DNA of 49,647 bases from Alphaproteobacteria bacterium (GCA_964229575.1 CAXRES010000059.1:1-49647); one strand, 5' to 3'. Positions 1 to 11,041 are shown, counted from the first letter of the stretch. Numbers and translations are program-made. Notes: generated by a model from the sequence alone, not told the origin.

Positions 1-232
1 CGCCGTGACGTTCGCCGCTTTGCTCGACCCTGGGGCCGGAACCGAACAGGATGCCGCGGTCGAACAGGTCCTGCAGGAACCTGACGTGTTCGGCGTGCAC
101 GACCTCCTGCGGCCGCGCGGTCTTCGGCGCCGGGTCGACGACGTTGGAGATGCAGACGCAAAGATGCTGCGGCTCGCGTTCGCCGTAGCCGGCGATACCG
201 GCCGGGCGTTCGGTTGCGGCTTTGTCGGTCAT
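1..232 (-). CDS. YciI-like family protein, N-terminal part (gene runs off the left edge)
   Basis: Not in the ORF track. Reverse-strand ATG at 230-232 is preceded by GGGAGGA (239-245 on the + strand as tcctccc). The frame is open to position 2. Translation MTDKAATERPAGIAGYGEREPQHLCVCISNVVDPAPKTARPQEVVHAEHVRFLQDLFDRGILFGSGP fits a YciI-type pattern by eye. Confidence 0.45.
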   Translation of the reverse strand, partial: MTDKAATERPAGIAGYGEREPQHLCVCISNVVDPAPKTARPQEVVHAEHVRFLQDLFDRGILFGSGPRVEQSGERHG

Positions 233-265
233 GCTGGTTCCTCCCTGTGTTTTTGTTCTATCGGC

Positions 266-1489
266 CTAGGCGCCGAGAATGTCGGCAAGCGAGATGACCT
301 CGACCACCTCGCCCTTCTTTGCTGCGGGCGCGTCGGGCGGGCGGCGGATCAGGCAATGGGCCTGCGCCAGGCGCGACATCATCGAGGAATCCTGCACCGG
401 GAAGGGCGTGGCGATGGGCAGGCCGTCGGCGGCGTCCGCGAGCGTCGCGCGCATGTAGTCCTCGCGGAAGTTGTTGGGCCCGACGTCGGCGCCGAGCCGC
501 GCGCGCATCACCGGCACGCCGGAGCCGGGCAGGCCGAGCATGGCGTCGATGGCGGGGCCGAGGAACAGGAGCGCGCAGACCATGCTGGACACCGGGTTGC
601 CGGGCAGGCCCATGACGTTGGCGGCATTCAGGCGGCCGAACATCAGCGGCTTGCCGGGCTTCATGGCGATCTTCCAGAAATCGACCGTGAGGCCGGCCGC
701 GCCCAGCACCTTCTGCACCAGATCGTAATCGCCGACCGAGACGCCCCCCGTGGTGATCAGCAGGTCCGCGCCGCGCGCCCCTTCGGTGAGCGCGATGAGC
801 GAGCCCGCTTCGTCGCGGGCGATGCCGAGGTCGATGGGCACGCCGCCGCGCGCCTGGATGAAGGCGGCGAGCGCCGGGCCGTTCGACGAGACGATCTGGT
901 TGGGCCCGATGGGATCGCCCGGCCGCACCACTTCGTCGCCGGTGGCGAGAATGGCGATGCGCGGCTTGCGGCGCACGGCGATCCACGGATGGTTCATCGC
1001 GGCGGCAAGCCCGATGTCGCGCGCCGTCAGCCGTCGCCCGGCCCTGAGCAGGGCCTCTCCCTCGCGGAAGTCGATGCCGGCGGCGCGGACGTTTTCGCCC
1101 GCCCTGGCCGTTTCCTTCACCAAAACCACGGGCTTGCCCATGTCGGTGTCTTCCTGGATGACGACGGCGTCCGCGCCCGCGGGCAGCGGCCCGCCGGTGA
1201 AGATGCGCACGCAATCGCCGGCGCCGACGGTTCCCGCGAAGGCACCGCCCGCCGGGGCCTCGCCGATGATCCTGAGCTTCGCAGGGACACGCGCGACATC
1301 GGCCGCGCGCACGGCGTAGCCGTCCATCGCCGAGACGGCCGCGGGCGGCTGGGTGCGCCGGGCGATCAGGTCCTCGGCCAGCACGCGGCCCGCCGCCTCA
1401 GAGAGCGACACGGTTTCCGCGGCGAGCGGCGCGAAGGCCGCCTGGATGCGCGCCCGGGCGGCTTCGACGGAAAGAAGCGCGTCGGCCAC
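266..1489 (-). CDS. moeA: Molybdopterin molybdenumtransferase MoeA
   Basis: 407-aa ORF with a MoeA-type N-terminus (SAMDGYAV). GTG start lies 8 nt after the moaC stop, with GGAG upstream. Sits in a conserved moaC-moeA pair. Confidence 0.9.
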   Translation of the reverse strand: MADALLSVEAARARIQAAFAPLAAETVSLSEAAGRVLAEDLIARRTQPPAAVSAMDGYAVRAADVARVPAKLRIIGEAPAGGAFAGTVGAGDCVRIFTGGPLPAGADAVVIQEDTDMGKPVVLVKETARAGENVRAAGIDFREGEALLRAGRRLTARDIGLAAAMNHPWIAVRRKPRIAILATGDEVVRPGDPIGPNQIVSSNGPALAAFIQARGGVPIDLGIARDEAGSLIALTEGARGADLLITTGGVSVGDYDLVQKVLGAAGLTVDFWKIAMKPGKPLMFGRLNAANVMGLPGNPVSSMVCALLFLGPAIDAMLGLPGSGVPVMRARLGADVGPNNFREDYMRATLADAADGLPIATPFPVQDSSMMSRLAQAHCLIRRPPDAPAAKKGEVVEVISLADILGA

Positions 1490-1496
1490 GGCGGGC

Positions 1497-1979
1497 TTAC
1501 TCCTTCGCCTTGTAGGTGCCCGCCCGCCCGCCCGCCTTGTGGACGAGGCGGATGTCGGTGATGCGCATGGATTTGTCGGCGGCCTTGCACATGTCGTAGA
1601 CCGTGAGCGCGGCGACCGAGACGGCGGTCAGCGCCTCCATCTCCACGCCGGTCTTCGCCGTCACCTTGCAGGTGGCGGTGATGTCGATGGCCGCCGTGCC
1701 GTCTTTTGCCGCTTCAAGTTCGACCTTGACCGAGCTGAGCGGCAGCGGGTGGCAGAGCGGGATGAGATCGGGTGTCTTCTTCGCCCCCATGATGCCGGCA
1801 AGGCGCGAGACCGAGAAAACGTCGCCCTTCTTCACGCCGCCCGACAGGATGGCTTTCAGTGTCGCCCTGGCGACGTGGATGCGGCCCTTCGCGGTGGCGG
1901 TGCGCGCCGTCACTTTCTTGTCGCCGACGTCGACCATGCGGGCATTGCCCTTGGCGTCGAGATGGGTGAAACGGGCCAT
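1497..1979 (-). CDS. moaC: Cyclic pyranopterin monophosphate synthase MoaC
   Basis: 160 aa. Contains [18 protein letters not shown] and the [16 protein letters not shown] motif typical of MoaC. Confidence 0.92.
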   Translation of the reverse strand: MARFTHLDAKGNARMVDVGDKKVTARTATAKGRIHVARATLKAILSGGVKKGDVFSVSRLAGIMGAKKTPDLIPLCHPLPLSSVKVELEAAKDGTAAIDITATCKVTAKTGVEMEALTAVSVAALTVYDMCKAADKSMRITDIRLVHKAGGRAGTYKAKE

Positions 1980-1991
1980 GATTTTCGGTTC

Positions 1992-2816
1992 CTATTCGCC
2001 GGGGGCGGGGGCTGGCTTGCGCTTGCTTTCGCCGATCAGGGCGCGGACGGCGGCGGCGACATCCGGTGCGCGCATCAGCGATTCGCCCACCAGGAAGGAG
2101 CGCGCGCCGGCGCGTGCCATGCGCGCGATGTCGGCGGCGCTGCCGATGCCCGATTCGCAGACAAGCATGTATCCCGGGGGCGCGAGCGGCGCCAGGCGCT
2201 CGGTCACCGCGAGATCGGTCCTGAGCGTCTTGAGGTCGCGGTTGTTGATGCCGATGAAGCCGGTCTCCAGCCTTGCCGCGCGTTCCATTTCGGCTTCGTC
2301 ATGCACTTCGACCAGCACGTCCATGCCAAGCAGGCGCGCCGCATGGGTCATTTCGGCGGCGAGCGCGTCGTCGAGCACGGCCATGATCAGCAGGATGCAA
2401 TCGGCGCCGATGGCGCGGCTTTCGGCGACCTGCCAGGGATCGACCATGAAGTCCTTGCGCAGCACCGGCAGGAGGCAGGCCTTGCGTGCCGCCATCAGGT
2501 ATTCGTTGCGGCCCTGGAAATAGGGTTCGTCGGTCAGCACCGACAGGCAGGCGGCGCCGCCTTCTTCGTAGGCGCGCGCCAGGGCTTCCGGGTCGAAGTC
2601 GGGGCGGATCAGGCCGGCCGACGGGCTCGCCTTCTTGATTTCCGCGATCAGGCCGTAATCGCCCGCCGCGTGGCGCGCCGAAAGCGCGGCGCGGAACCAG
2701 CGCACGGGGGGCGCGCCTTTGGCGATCGCCTCGACCTGGGCGAGGCTGTGCTGCGCCTTGCGCGAAGCGACGGTTTCGCGCGTGCGGTTGCAGATTTCGT
2801 CGAGCACGTTCGCCAC
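1992..2816 (-). CDS. trpC: Indole-3-glycerol phosphate synthase
   Basis: 274 aa. Has [12 protein letters not shown] and later TIM-barrel motifs (NNRDL). Lies in the trpGDC cluster. Confidence 0.92.
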   Translation of the reverse strand: MANVLDEICNRTRETVASRKAQHSLAQVEAIAKGAPPVRWFRAALSARHAAGDYGLIAEIKKASPSAGLIRPDFDPEALARAYEEGGAACLSVLTDEPYFQGRNEYLMAARKACLLPVLRKDFMVDPWQVAESRAIGADCILLIMAVLDDALAAEMTHAARLLGMDVLVEVHDEAEMERAARLETGFIGINNRDLKTLRTDLAVTERLAPLAPPGYMLVCESGIGSAADIARMARAGARSFLVGESLMRAPDVAAAVRALIGESKRKPAPAPGE

Positions 2817-2851
2817 GTTCAGATCCCTTTCAGCCCCCGTTCAGCCGCCGT

Positions 2852-3876
<1,025 letters not shown>

Positions 3877-3880
<4 letters not shown>

Positions 3881-4467
3881 GCCGCGTGGGCCCCCTTGCC
3901 GGCGATGGTGAGGAAATTGCGAAGGATGTCGTGCCCGTGTTCGGAGGCGATGCTCTCGGGATGGAACTGCACCCCGTGGATCGGCAGCTCCCGGTGCATC
4001 AGGCCCATGATCAGGCCGTCGTCGGTTTCCGCCGTGATCGCAAGCGACTTCGGCAGGCTGGCGCGCTCGACCACCAGCGAATGGTAGCGCGTGGCGCGGA
4101 TGGGCGAGGGCAGGCCGGCGAAGACGCCCTGCCCCGTATGGCGGATGTCGGAAATCTTGCCGTGCATCGGCGCGGGCGCGCGCACGACCTTGCCGCCGAA
4201 GGCCTGGCCGATCGACTGGTGGCCGAGGCAGACGCCGAGCAGCGGGCGTTTGCGCTTGGCCGCGGCCTCGATCAGCGGCAGGCAGCTGCCGGCGCGGTCG
4301 GGATCGCAGGGGCCGGGCGACAGCACGATGCCTTCGTCGCCGACCGCCAGCGCCTCGTCGACGGACAGCGCATCGTTGCGGCGCACGGCGATCTTCGCCC
4401 CCAGTTCGCCGAGGAAATGGACGAGGTTGTAGGTGAAGCTGTCGTAGTTGTCGATCAACAGAAACAT
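3877..4467 (-). CDS. trpG: Anthranilate synthase component II / aminodeoxychorismate synthase glutamine amidotransferase
   Basis: 196 aa class-I glutamine amidotransferase with [10 protein letters not shown] and a HPES-type triad. Adjacent to trpD. Confidence 0.9.
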
Positions 4468-4678
4468 TTCAACGTGTTACCGTGATTTTCTCAACTTTCG
4501 CCGGAAGCGGGGCGCACCGTTATAGCAGCAAGGTCAGCCCCTTGGAAAGCAAGCAGAAACCCGACATTAGACCTTCGCTTGCCCGGCCGGAAGGACTTCA
4601 CCATATATGTGGCTCCGCCGGTGCCCCATAATGGCCCGCGCTATCCATCATCCTGATCAAACCCGCGTAGTCGAGACC

Positions 4679-7384
4679 ATGAGCGATCCGAAAAAGCCCG
4701 TCGCCCCCTGCTGCCACCAAGACGCCGCCAAGGCCGAGCCGGCCAAGGGCGGCCATGACCACGGCCATGACCACGGCCATGAACATGATCATGACCATCG
4801 GCACGGGCAGGATCATGCTCATGGGGCGCACGACCATGCGGGACACGACCACGCCCACGACCACGACCACGGACATGAGCACGGCCACGATCATCCGCAC
4901 CCGCACCAGCATCCCCATGCCGGCGACGATCAGGACGTGCGCACCGTAAAGCACGTCATCGTGCCCGCCGGCCGCATCGTCAGCAGCAAGACCTACGGCC
5001 AGCCGAAGCCTCACGACCACGGGCATGGCCATGATCATGATCACCACGACCACGGGCACGAGGCGCATGGTCACGAACACCACGATCACGGCCATGAACA
5101 CCATGCCCACGGGGGCCACGGCCATTCTCACGCCGCCGCGTCGGCCGGGCCGCGGCCGACCAGCGGCTACGTCTGCCCGATGTGCCCGGGGGTGTGGTCG
5201 GCGACGCCGGGTTCCTGTCCGAGTTGCGGCATGGCGCTCGATCCGGTGACGCCGCAGGCTTCCACCCGCACCGTCTATACCTGCCCGATGCATCCCGAGA
5301 TTCGCCAGGACCATCCGGGATCCTGCCCGATCTGCGGCATGGCGCTGGAGCCGATGACGGTGGCGGCCGAGACCGGCCCCAGCGAAGAACTGATCGACAT
5401 GACGCGGCGCTTCTGGGGCTCGCTGGTCTTCACCGTGCCTCTCCTCATCATGGCGATGGGCGAGATGCTGCCGGCATGGCCCAGGGGCGGGCTGGTTTCG
5501 ACCATGGGCGACCGCTGGATCCAGTTCGCGCTGGCGACCCCCGTGCTGCTGTGGGGCGGCTGGCCGTTCTTCGTGCGCGCATGGACGTCCGTCGTCAATC
5601 GCAGCCTCAACATGTTCACCCTGATCGGCATGGGCACCGGCGTCGCCTACGTCTACAGCGCCTTCGGCGTGGTGGCGCCCGGCCTGTTCCCGGTTGCGCT
5701 CCGCGCCCACGGCGGGCACGTCGGGCTTTATTTCGAGGCGGCCGCGGTGATCGTCACCCTCGTGCTGCTCGGCCAGGTGCTGGAACTGCGCGCGCGCGAG
5801 CGCACCTCGGGCGCCATTCGCGCGCTCCTCGACCTTGCGCCCAGGATGGCGCGGCGCATCGGCGCGGACGGAAGCGAAAGCGACGTGCCGCTCGACGTGG
5901 TGCAGGTGGGCGACCGCCTGCGCGTGCGGCCGGGCGAAAAGGTGCCGGTCGACGGCGTGGTCGAGGACGGCGCCTCCTCGGTCGACGAATCGATGATGAC
6001 CGGCGAGCCGATCCCGGTGGAAAAGCACCGCGGCGACCGGGTCACCGGGGCGACGCTGAACGGCAACGGCAGCCTGGTGATCCGCGCCGACAAGGTGGGC
6101 GCGGAAACGCTGCTCGCGCGCATCGTGCAGATGGTGGCCGACGCCCAGCGCACCCGCGCGCCGATCCAGCGCATGGCCGATATCGTTTCGGGCTGGTTCG
6201 TGCCCGCCGTTATCGCCATTGCCGCCGTTACGTTCGTCGTATGGGCGAGCGTCGGGCCGGAACCGAAGCTGGCGCACGCCGTGATCAACGCCGTGGCCGT
6301 GCTGATCATCGCGTGCCCTTGCGCGCTCGGCCTCGCCACGCCGATGTCGATCATGGTCGGCACGGGCCGGGCGGCGCGTTCGGGCGTGCTGTTCCGCGAC
6401 GCCGAAGCCCTCGAAATTCTCGAAAAGGTGGACACGCTCGTCGTCGACAAGACCGGCACGCTGACCGAGGGCAAGCCGCGCTTCCAGGACGTGGTGACGG
6501 CCGAAGGCATGGGCCGCGACGAGGTGCTGATGATGGCGGCCGCGCTCGAACAGAACAGCGAGCATCCGCTCGCCGCCGCGATCCTCGCGGGCGCCGCCGA
6601 ACGGGGCCTGCGCCCCGGCTCGGTGTCGAACTTCCGCGCCGTCACCGGCAAGGGCGTCATGGGTCGCGTCATGGGCCGCGACGTGGCGCTCGGCAATCGC
6701 GCGATGATGGACGAGGTGGGCGCCAAGGCCGACGGTCTCGCGGCGCGCGCCGCCGAGTTGCAGAAGACGGGTGCCACCGTGATGTATCTTTCCGCCGATG
6801 GCGCGCTCGCCGGACTGGTTTCCGTCGCCGACCCGGTCAAGGAGACGACGCCCGAAGCCCTCAGGCTGCTGGCGGACGAAGGGATCCGCGTGGTCATGCT
6901 GACGGGCGACAACCGGGTGACGGCGGAAGCCGTGGGCGGGCGCCTCGGCATTCCCGATATTCGCGCCGACGTGCTGCCCGACCGGAAGGCCGCCATCGTC
7001 AAGGAGCTTCGCGCCCAGGGGCGCATCGTCGCCATGGCGGGCGACGGCATCAACGACGCCCCGGCGCTGGCCGCGGCGCAGGTCGGCATCGCCATGGGCA
7101 CCGGCACCGACGTGGCGATGGAAAGCGCCGGGGTGACGCTGGTCAAGGGCGACCTGCGCGCCATCGTGCGCGCCCGCGCAATTTCGCGCGCCACCATGCG
7201 CAATATCCGCCAGAACCTGCTCTTCGCCTTCGGCTATAACGCACTCGGTATTCCGGTCGCGGCGGGCGTGCTCTATCCGTGGCTCGGGCTGCTGCTCTCG
7301 CCGATCATCGCCGGCGCGGCGATGAGCCTCAGTTCGGTTTCGGTGATCGGCAACGCGCTGCGCCTCAACCGGGTGCGGCTCTAG
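4679..7384 (+). CDS. Copper/silver-translocating P1B-type ATPase (CopA/SilP-like) with a His-rich N-terminus
   Basis: Has the CPC motif ([11 protein letters not shown]), [15 protein letters not shown] and MSLSSVSV. The N-terminus carries a very long His-rich tract and two Y-x-CPM...CP-x-CGM metal-binding modules. The track ORF starts at GTG 4607. ATG 4679 (MSDPKK) or ATG 4631 are the likelier starts. Confidence 0.9.
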   Translation: MSDPKKPVAPCCHQDAAKAEPAKGGHDHGHDHGHEHDHDHRHGQDHAHGAHDHAGHDHAHDHDHGHEHGHDHPHPHQHPHAGDDQDVRTVKHVIVPAGRIVSSKTYGQPKPHDHGHGHDHDHHDHGHEAHGHEHHDHGHEHHAHGGHGHSHAAASAGPRPTSGYVCPMCPGVWSATPGSCPSCGMALDPVTPQASTRTVYTCPMHPEIRQDHPGSCPICGMALEPMTVAAETGPSEELIDMTRRFWGSLVFTVPLLIMAMGEMLPAWPRGGLVSTMGDRWIQFALATPVLLWGGWPFFVRAWTSVVNRSLNMFTLIGMGTGVAYVYSAFGVVAPGLFPVALRAHGGHVGLYFEAAAVIVTLVLLGQVLELRARERTSGAIRALLDLAPRMARRIGADGSESDVPLDVVQVGDRLRVRPGEKVPVDGVVEDGASSVDESMMTGEPIPVEKHRGDRVTGATLNGNGSLVIRADKVGAETLLARIVQMVADAQRTRAPIQRMADIVSGWFVPAVIAIAAVTFVVWASVGPEPKLAHAVINAVAVLIIACPCALGLATPMSIMVGTGRAARSGVLFRDAEALEILEKVDTLVVDKTGTLTEGKPRFQDVVTAEGMGRDEVLMMAAALEQNSEHPLAAAILAGAAERGLRPGSVSNFRAVTGKGVMGRVMGRDVALGNRAMMDEVGAKADGLAARAAELQKTGATVMYLSADGALAGLVSVADPVKETTPEALRLLADEGIRVVMLTGDNRVTAEAVGGRLGIPDIRADVLPDRKAAIVKELRAQGRIVAMAGDGINDAPALAAAQVGIAMGTGTDVAMESAGVTLVKGDLRAIVRARAISRATMRNIRQNLLFAFGYNALGIPVAAGVLYPWLGLLLSPIIAGAAMSLSSVSVIGNALRLNRVRL

Positions 7385-7591
7385 AGTCGCGCCCGGCGAA
7401 ACGAACGGAGCATCATTCTGGCGCGCTTTCCCAGATTCAGGTCCGGCCGCGGCCTCGTTCCCGGCTTTCCGCGCGGGCCCGCGGGCATCGCGCTGCTGCT
7501 CGGCGGCGCTGTCGCCTTCGGTGTACTGCTCGGCGTCGGCGTCGGGTTCCTGATCGGCGGGGCGGGCGATACCGCGGGCAACGGCAACGGC

Positions 7592-8656
7592 GTGCCCTAT
7601 GCCGCTAGTCGCGAGGCCTTCTCCGAATTCGAACCCGAACGGGGCCCCTCTTTTTCGGCGAAGGTGGCGGCGCTGCCGACGCTCGGCGTGAAGCCGGGAA
7701 CGGTGGTGGAAACGCCGCATCTGCCCGCGACGGGCAGCGCCGTGCCGCCGGGCCTGACCGGCCAGACTCCCGTTCCCGCTGCGCAGGTGCCCCTTCCGGC
7801 ATCGAACGGTCCGCAGGCGGTCGCCCCGGCCACGCTGTCCGCGGCGCCTTCGCCTGCGGTGCCGTCTTCGTCGGCACCTTCTTCATCGGCACCTTCTTCA
7901 TCGGCACAGGTCGCGGCGCTGCCCGGACGCGCGCTTGCGCCCGGCGAACTGCCCGCGTGGAAGAAGAATGCCGCGGCGGTTTCCCTGGCCGCGGGCGTGC
8001 CCGTCATCGGCATCGTCATCGACGATCTCGGCATCGACCGCAGGCGCACGGCACGGGCGATGCGGCTTCCCGCGCCGGTGACGCTCGCCTTCCTGCCTTA
8101 CGCGCGCCACTTGGCCGAGCAGGCCGGCCGGGCACGGGCAGGCGGCCACGAAATCCTCGTCCATGTGCCGATGGAGCCGGAAGGCGCGGGCGCCGATCCG
8201 GGGCCCAATCCGCTGCTGGCTGGCCTGCCCGCGGCCGAACTGCGCGTCCGGCTCGACTGGATGCTGACGCGCTTTCCGGGCTACGTCGGCATCAACAACC
8301 ACATGGGATCGAAGTTCACTTCGGACACGGGTGCGATGGACGTGATCGCGGCCGAACTCAAGGCGCGCGGGCTTCTGTTCCTCGATTCGCGCACGGCGAA
8401 GGGGGCGATCGCCTATGAGCGGGCGCGGGCGGCGGGCGTGCCCGCCGCCGTGCGCCAGGTGTTCCTCGACCGTGATCCCGCGCGCAAGGCGATCGATGCG
8501 GAACTTGCGCGTCTCGAAGCGCTGGCTCGCAAGCAGGGCCACGCCATCGCCATCGGCCATCCGCATGACGCGACGCTCGACGCGCTTGAAGCCTGGCTGC
8601 CGACGCTCGCCGCCAAGGGCCTGCAACTGGCCCCGGTCAGCGCGCTGGTGCGGTAA
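7592..8656 (+). CDS. Divergent polysaccharide deacetylase family protein (YibQ-like)
   Basis: Has VIDDLG, LVHVPMEP, NNHMGSKFT, FLDSRT and IGHPH motifs. The frame is open upstream to 7385 and encodes a TM helix there, so the real start is probably upstream of 7592 (see finding). Confidence 0.8.
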   Translation: MPYAASREAFSEFEPERGPSFSAKVAALPTLGVKPGTVVETPHLPATGSAVPPGLTGQTPVPAAQVPLPASNGPQAVAPATLSAAPSPAVPSSSAPSSSAPSSSAQVAALPGRALAPGELPAWKKNAAAVSLAAGVPVIGIVIDDLGIDRRRTARAMRLPAPVTLAFLPYARHLAEQAGRARAGGHEILVHVPMEPEGAGADPGPNPLLAGLPAAELRVRLDWMLTRFPGYVGINNHMGSKFTSDTGAMDVIAAELKARGLLFLDSRTAKGAIAYERARAAGVPAAVRQVFLDRDPARKAIDAELARLEALARKQGHAIAIGHPHDATLDALEAWLPTLAAKGLQLAPVSALVR

Positions 8657-8659
8657 GGC

Positions 8660-9253
8660 TCACGGCTTCACATAGCCGTAGTTGACGACCTTCTTCACGC
8701 CGGGCGTGCGCGAGGTCACGTCGAGCACCTTCTTCATTTCCTCGCTGGAGCGGGCGCGGCCGAGGACATAGATCGTCCCGAAGGCGTCGATGGCGGTCTT
8801 GAAATTGACGTCGGAAACGCCGCGCGTCTTGATCAGGTTGCCGCGCACCTTGGTTTCCGTCACCAGCGCGTCCTTCCAGTCGACCATCTCCGCCTTGCGC
8901 GAGGCCTGCTCGCTGGCCGCCATGTAGCGGGCGTGCCAGTGGAGCCGCTTGACCCCCTTGATGTTCCGCACGCCGGAATGGAACCTGTCGTAGGCGTTCC
9001 TGTCATCGAAGATTCCGGTGATCAGCAGGACCTGTTCGTAGATTTCGGTCTTGGCCTTGATCGTGCCGATCTGCGCCATCAGCTTGTTGGCCTCAATCAC
9101 GATGCGGTTGTCTTCGAGGATGTCCTTGGCCGAGCGCGCCTCGATGGCGCGGTCGACCAGCGTCTTCGGCGCGGTCAGCATGTCGAGGACCTGGGCCTCT
9201 GCCGGCACGACGAGGCAGACGAAAGCGAGGGCGAGGGCGGCGGCATGACGCAT
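8660..9253 (-). CDS. BON domain-containing periplasmic protein (OsmY-like)
   Basis: This is the C-terminal 197 codons of track ORF 8660..10783. ATG at 9253 gives the signal peptide MRHAAALALAFVCLVVPAEA, followed by two BON-like segments. The rest of the 707-aa ORF is Arg/His/Asp-rich noise lying antisense to the transporter gene. Confidence 0.75.
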   Translation of the reverse strand: MRHAAALALAFVCLVVPAEAQVLDMLTAPKTLVDRAIEARSAKDILEDNRIVIEANKLMAQIGTIKAKTEIYEQVLLITGIFDDRNAYDRFHSGVRNIKGVKRLHWHARYMAASEQASRKAEMVDWKDALVTETKVRGNLIKTRGVSDVNFKTAIDAFGTIYVLGRARSSEEMKKVLDVTSRTPGVKKVVNYGYVKP

Positions 9254-9400
9254 GGCGGTGACTTTCCCGGATGGTCGGTTGGCGGACGGGGCGATGCTAG
9301 CACGGTTGCGCGCGCGGGGAAGATACTCGGCGCTTGGCGTGGACCCGCCGGGTGATAAGCTGCGCCCCGACCCTGAGCACGGACCGCACATGGCCCGCAT

Positions 9401-11041
9401 ATGGAGAGCGTCTTGTACCGCTGGACCCGCGACCTGATCGAGAGCACCTTTTTCGAACTGGCGCGCGAATTGCGCTGGTCGTTCCTGCCGCCGCTGATGG
9501 TCTACCTGGCGGCGGGCGTGTCGGGGCTGACCGCCATCGTCGGCACGTTCTTCGTCAAGGATTACCTCGGCCTGTCGGCGGCCTTTCTTGCCGCGCTCGG
9601 CTTCTGGGCGGGAATTCCCTGGGCGCTCAAGATGCCGATCGGGCACCTGGTCGACCTGATCTGGCGCTGGAAGGCGGCGCTGGTCTATCTGGGCGCCGCG
9701 CTGATCGCCGTGAGCCTCGGCATCATGTACGGGCTGATCGCGCACCGCGAGGCGATGACGGCGGTGGCGAGCGCGGAGGCCTGGTTCGTGGCGAGCGTCC
9801 TGCTGTCGCCCGTCGGCTACGTCGTGCAGGACGTGGTGGCCGACGCCATGACGGTGGAGGCGGTGCCGCTTTACGACGAAACGGGCAACAGGCTGCCCGA
9901 TGCGGAAGTGCGCGCCATGCACACGACGATGCAGACGCTCGGCCGCTTCGCCATCATTTCGGGGACCGTCTTCGTCGCCGCGCTCAACATCTTCATGTTC
10001 GCGGGCGTCGAGGCGATGAGCGAGGCCGACAAGGCCGCGATCTACGCGAAAATCTACCTGATGGCGCTTTCCATCCCGGTGATCTCGGTGCTCGGCGTGG
10101 CGCTCGCCACCGTGCTGCGCGAGCTGCGCCGCCGGCGGCTCAGGCGCGAAGGACTGGGCGCGAAGGAAATCGACGGCATCCTGCACGCCGGGACGGAAGC
10201 GACCGCGCCCAACTGGTGGATTCTGGGCGGCAGCCTCGCCTTCGTCGTCTTCACCGTGTCGCTCGGCCTGAGCCCGGCGACTTACGCGCAGGAGATCATC
10301 TTCGCGGGGTCCATGGCCATCGTGCTGTTCCTGATGTCGCGACTGTTGCGCGAGCTTGACGCCGACGCGCGGCTGGCGCTCGTCGGGACGGCGGTCATCG
10401 TTTTCGTCTTCCGCGCCGTACCGGGCCCGGGCGCCGGGGCGACGTGGTTCGAGATCGACGTGCTCGGCTTCGACCAGCGCTTCATCGCCATCCTCGGAAT
10501 GCTGTCGTCCTGCCTCGCGCTCGCCGGCATGGTGCTGCTGCGCCCGATGATGGCGGCGCGCTCGATCGCCTGGATCGTGGCGGTGCTGACGGTGGCGGGC
10601 GGCATCCTCAGCCTGCCCAACATCGGGCTTTACTACGGGCTGCATCACTGGACATCGGCGATGACCGGCGGCGTGGTCGATGCGCGCTTCATCGCCGTGA
10701 TCGACGCGACGCTGGAAAGCCCGCTCGGGCAGATCGCCATGATCCCGATGCTGGCCTGGATCGCCAAGAACGCGCCTTCGCACCTCAAGGCCACGTTCTT
10801 CGCGGTCATGGCGTCGTTCACCAATCTCGCGCTGTCGGCGGCGAGCCTCGGCACCAAGTACATGAACCAGATTTTCACCGTGACGCGCGAGGTGAAGGAC
10901 CGCGCCACCGGCGCGGTGCAGGTGGCGGCCGACTACGGCGAGCTTGGCTGGCTGCTGGTCGCGGTGACGGTGATTTCGGTGGTCGTGCCGCTCGCCGTCA
11001 TCGTCCTGGTGCAGGCTTCGCGCCTGCGCACCAGCCAGTAA
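9401..11041 (+). CDS. BT1 (folate/biopterin transporter)-like MFS membrane protein
   Basis: 546 aa and polytopic. KDYLGLSAAFLAALGFWAGIPWALKMPIGHLVD and QDVVADAMTVEAV resemble BT1 family signatures. Family assignment is by eye only. Confidence 0.6.
   Translation: MESVLYRWTRDLIESTFFELARELRWSFLPPLMVYLAAGVSGLTAIVGTFFVKDYLGLSAAFLAALGFWAGIPWALKMPIGHLVDLIWRWKAALVYLGAALIAVSLGIMYGLIAHREAMTAVASAEAWFVASVLLSPVGYVVQDVVADAMTVEAVPLYDETGNRLPDAEVRAMHTTMQTLGRFAIISGTVFVAALNIFMFAGVEAMSEADKAAIYAKIYLMALSIPVISVLGVALATVLRELRRRRLRREGLGAKEIDGILHAGTEATAPNWWILGGSLAFVVFTVSLGLSPATYAQEIIFAGSMAIVLFLMSRLLRELDADARLALVGTAVIVFVFRAVPGPGAGATWFEIDVLGFDQRFIAILGMLSSCLALAGMVLLRPMMAARSIAWIVAVLTVAGGILSLPNIGLYYGLHHWTSAMTGGVVDARFIAVIDATLESPLGQIAMIPMLAWIAKNAPSHLKATFFAVMASFTNLALSAASLGTKYMNQIFTVTREVKDRATGAVQVAADYGELGWLLVAVTVISVVVPLAVIVLVQASRLRTSQ

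Noticed and set aside
4468-4606. A trp leader peptide or attenuator upstream of trpG.
   Set aside because: The only small minus-strand ORF here (37 codons, [12 protein letters not shown]...) has no Trp codons. No terminator/antiterminator pair is evident.
4567-4608. A CueR/MerR-type operator (ACCTTC-N13-GAAGGA) overlapping TTAGAC upstream of the copper ATPase.
   Set aside because: The arm spacing is 6-13-6 rather than the 7-7-7 of known CueR sites. No -10 hexamer sits at the 19-bp MerR spacing. No merR-family gene is in the window.
4598-7720. A 1040-aa ORF antisense to the P1B ATPase. Similar long alternative-frame ORFs include 5..1561(+), 1353..3008(+), 20853..23255(-), 24577..26784(-) and 30053..31780(-).
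   Set aside because: Their translations are Arg/Ala/Gly/Pro/His-rich with no recognisable motifs. Each lies opposite or out of frame to a gene with clear family signatures. Long spurious ORFs like these are expected in GC-rich DNA.
9254-9400. A folate-related riboswitch (ZTP or THF) upstream of the BT1-like transporter.
   Set aside because: Only loose resemblance (TTGGCG...CCGCCGGG). The conserved 3' CCGCCUGGGCA-type element and the required pairings could not be found.
8660-10783. A 707-aa ORF, and the 1136-aa ORF 11042..14452, taken as single genes.
   Set aside because: Only the last 197 codons of the first look real (signal peptide plus BON). The second is trpE and ppiD-region frames fused by the absence of a stop. 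Internal starts with proper N-termini were used instead.
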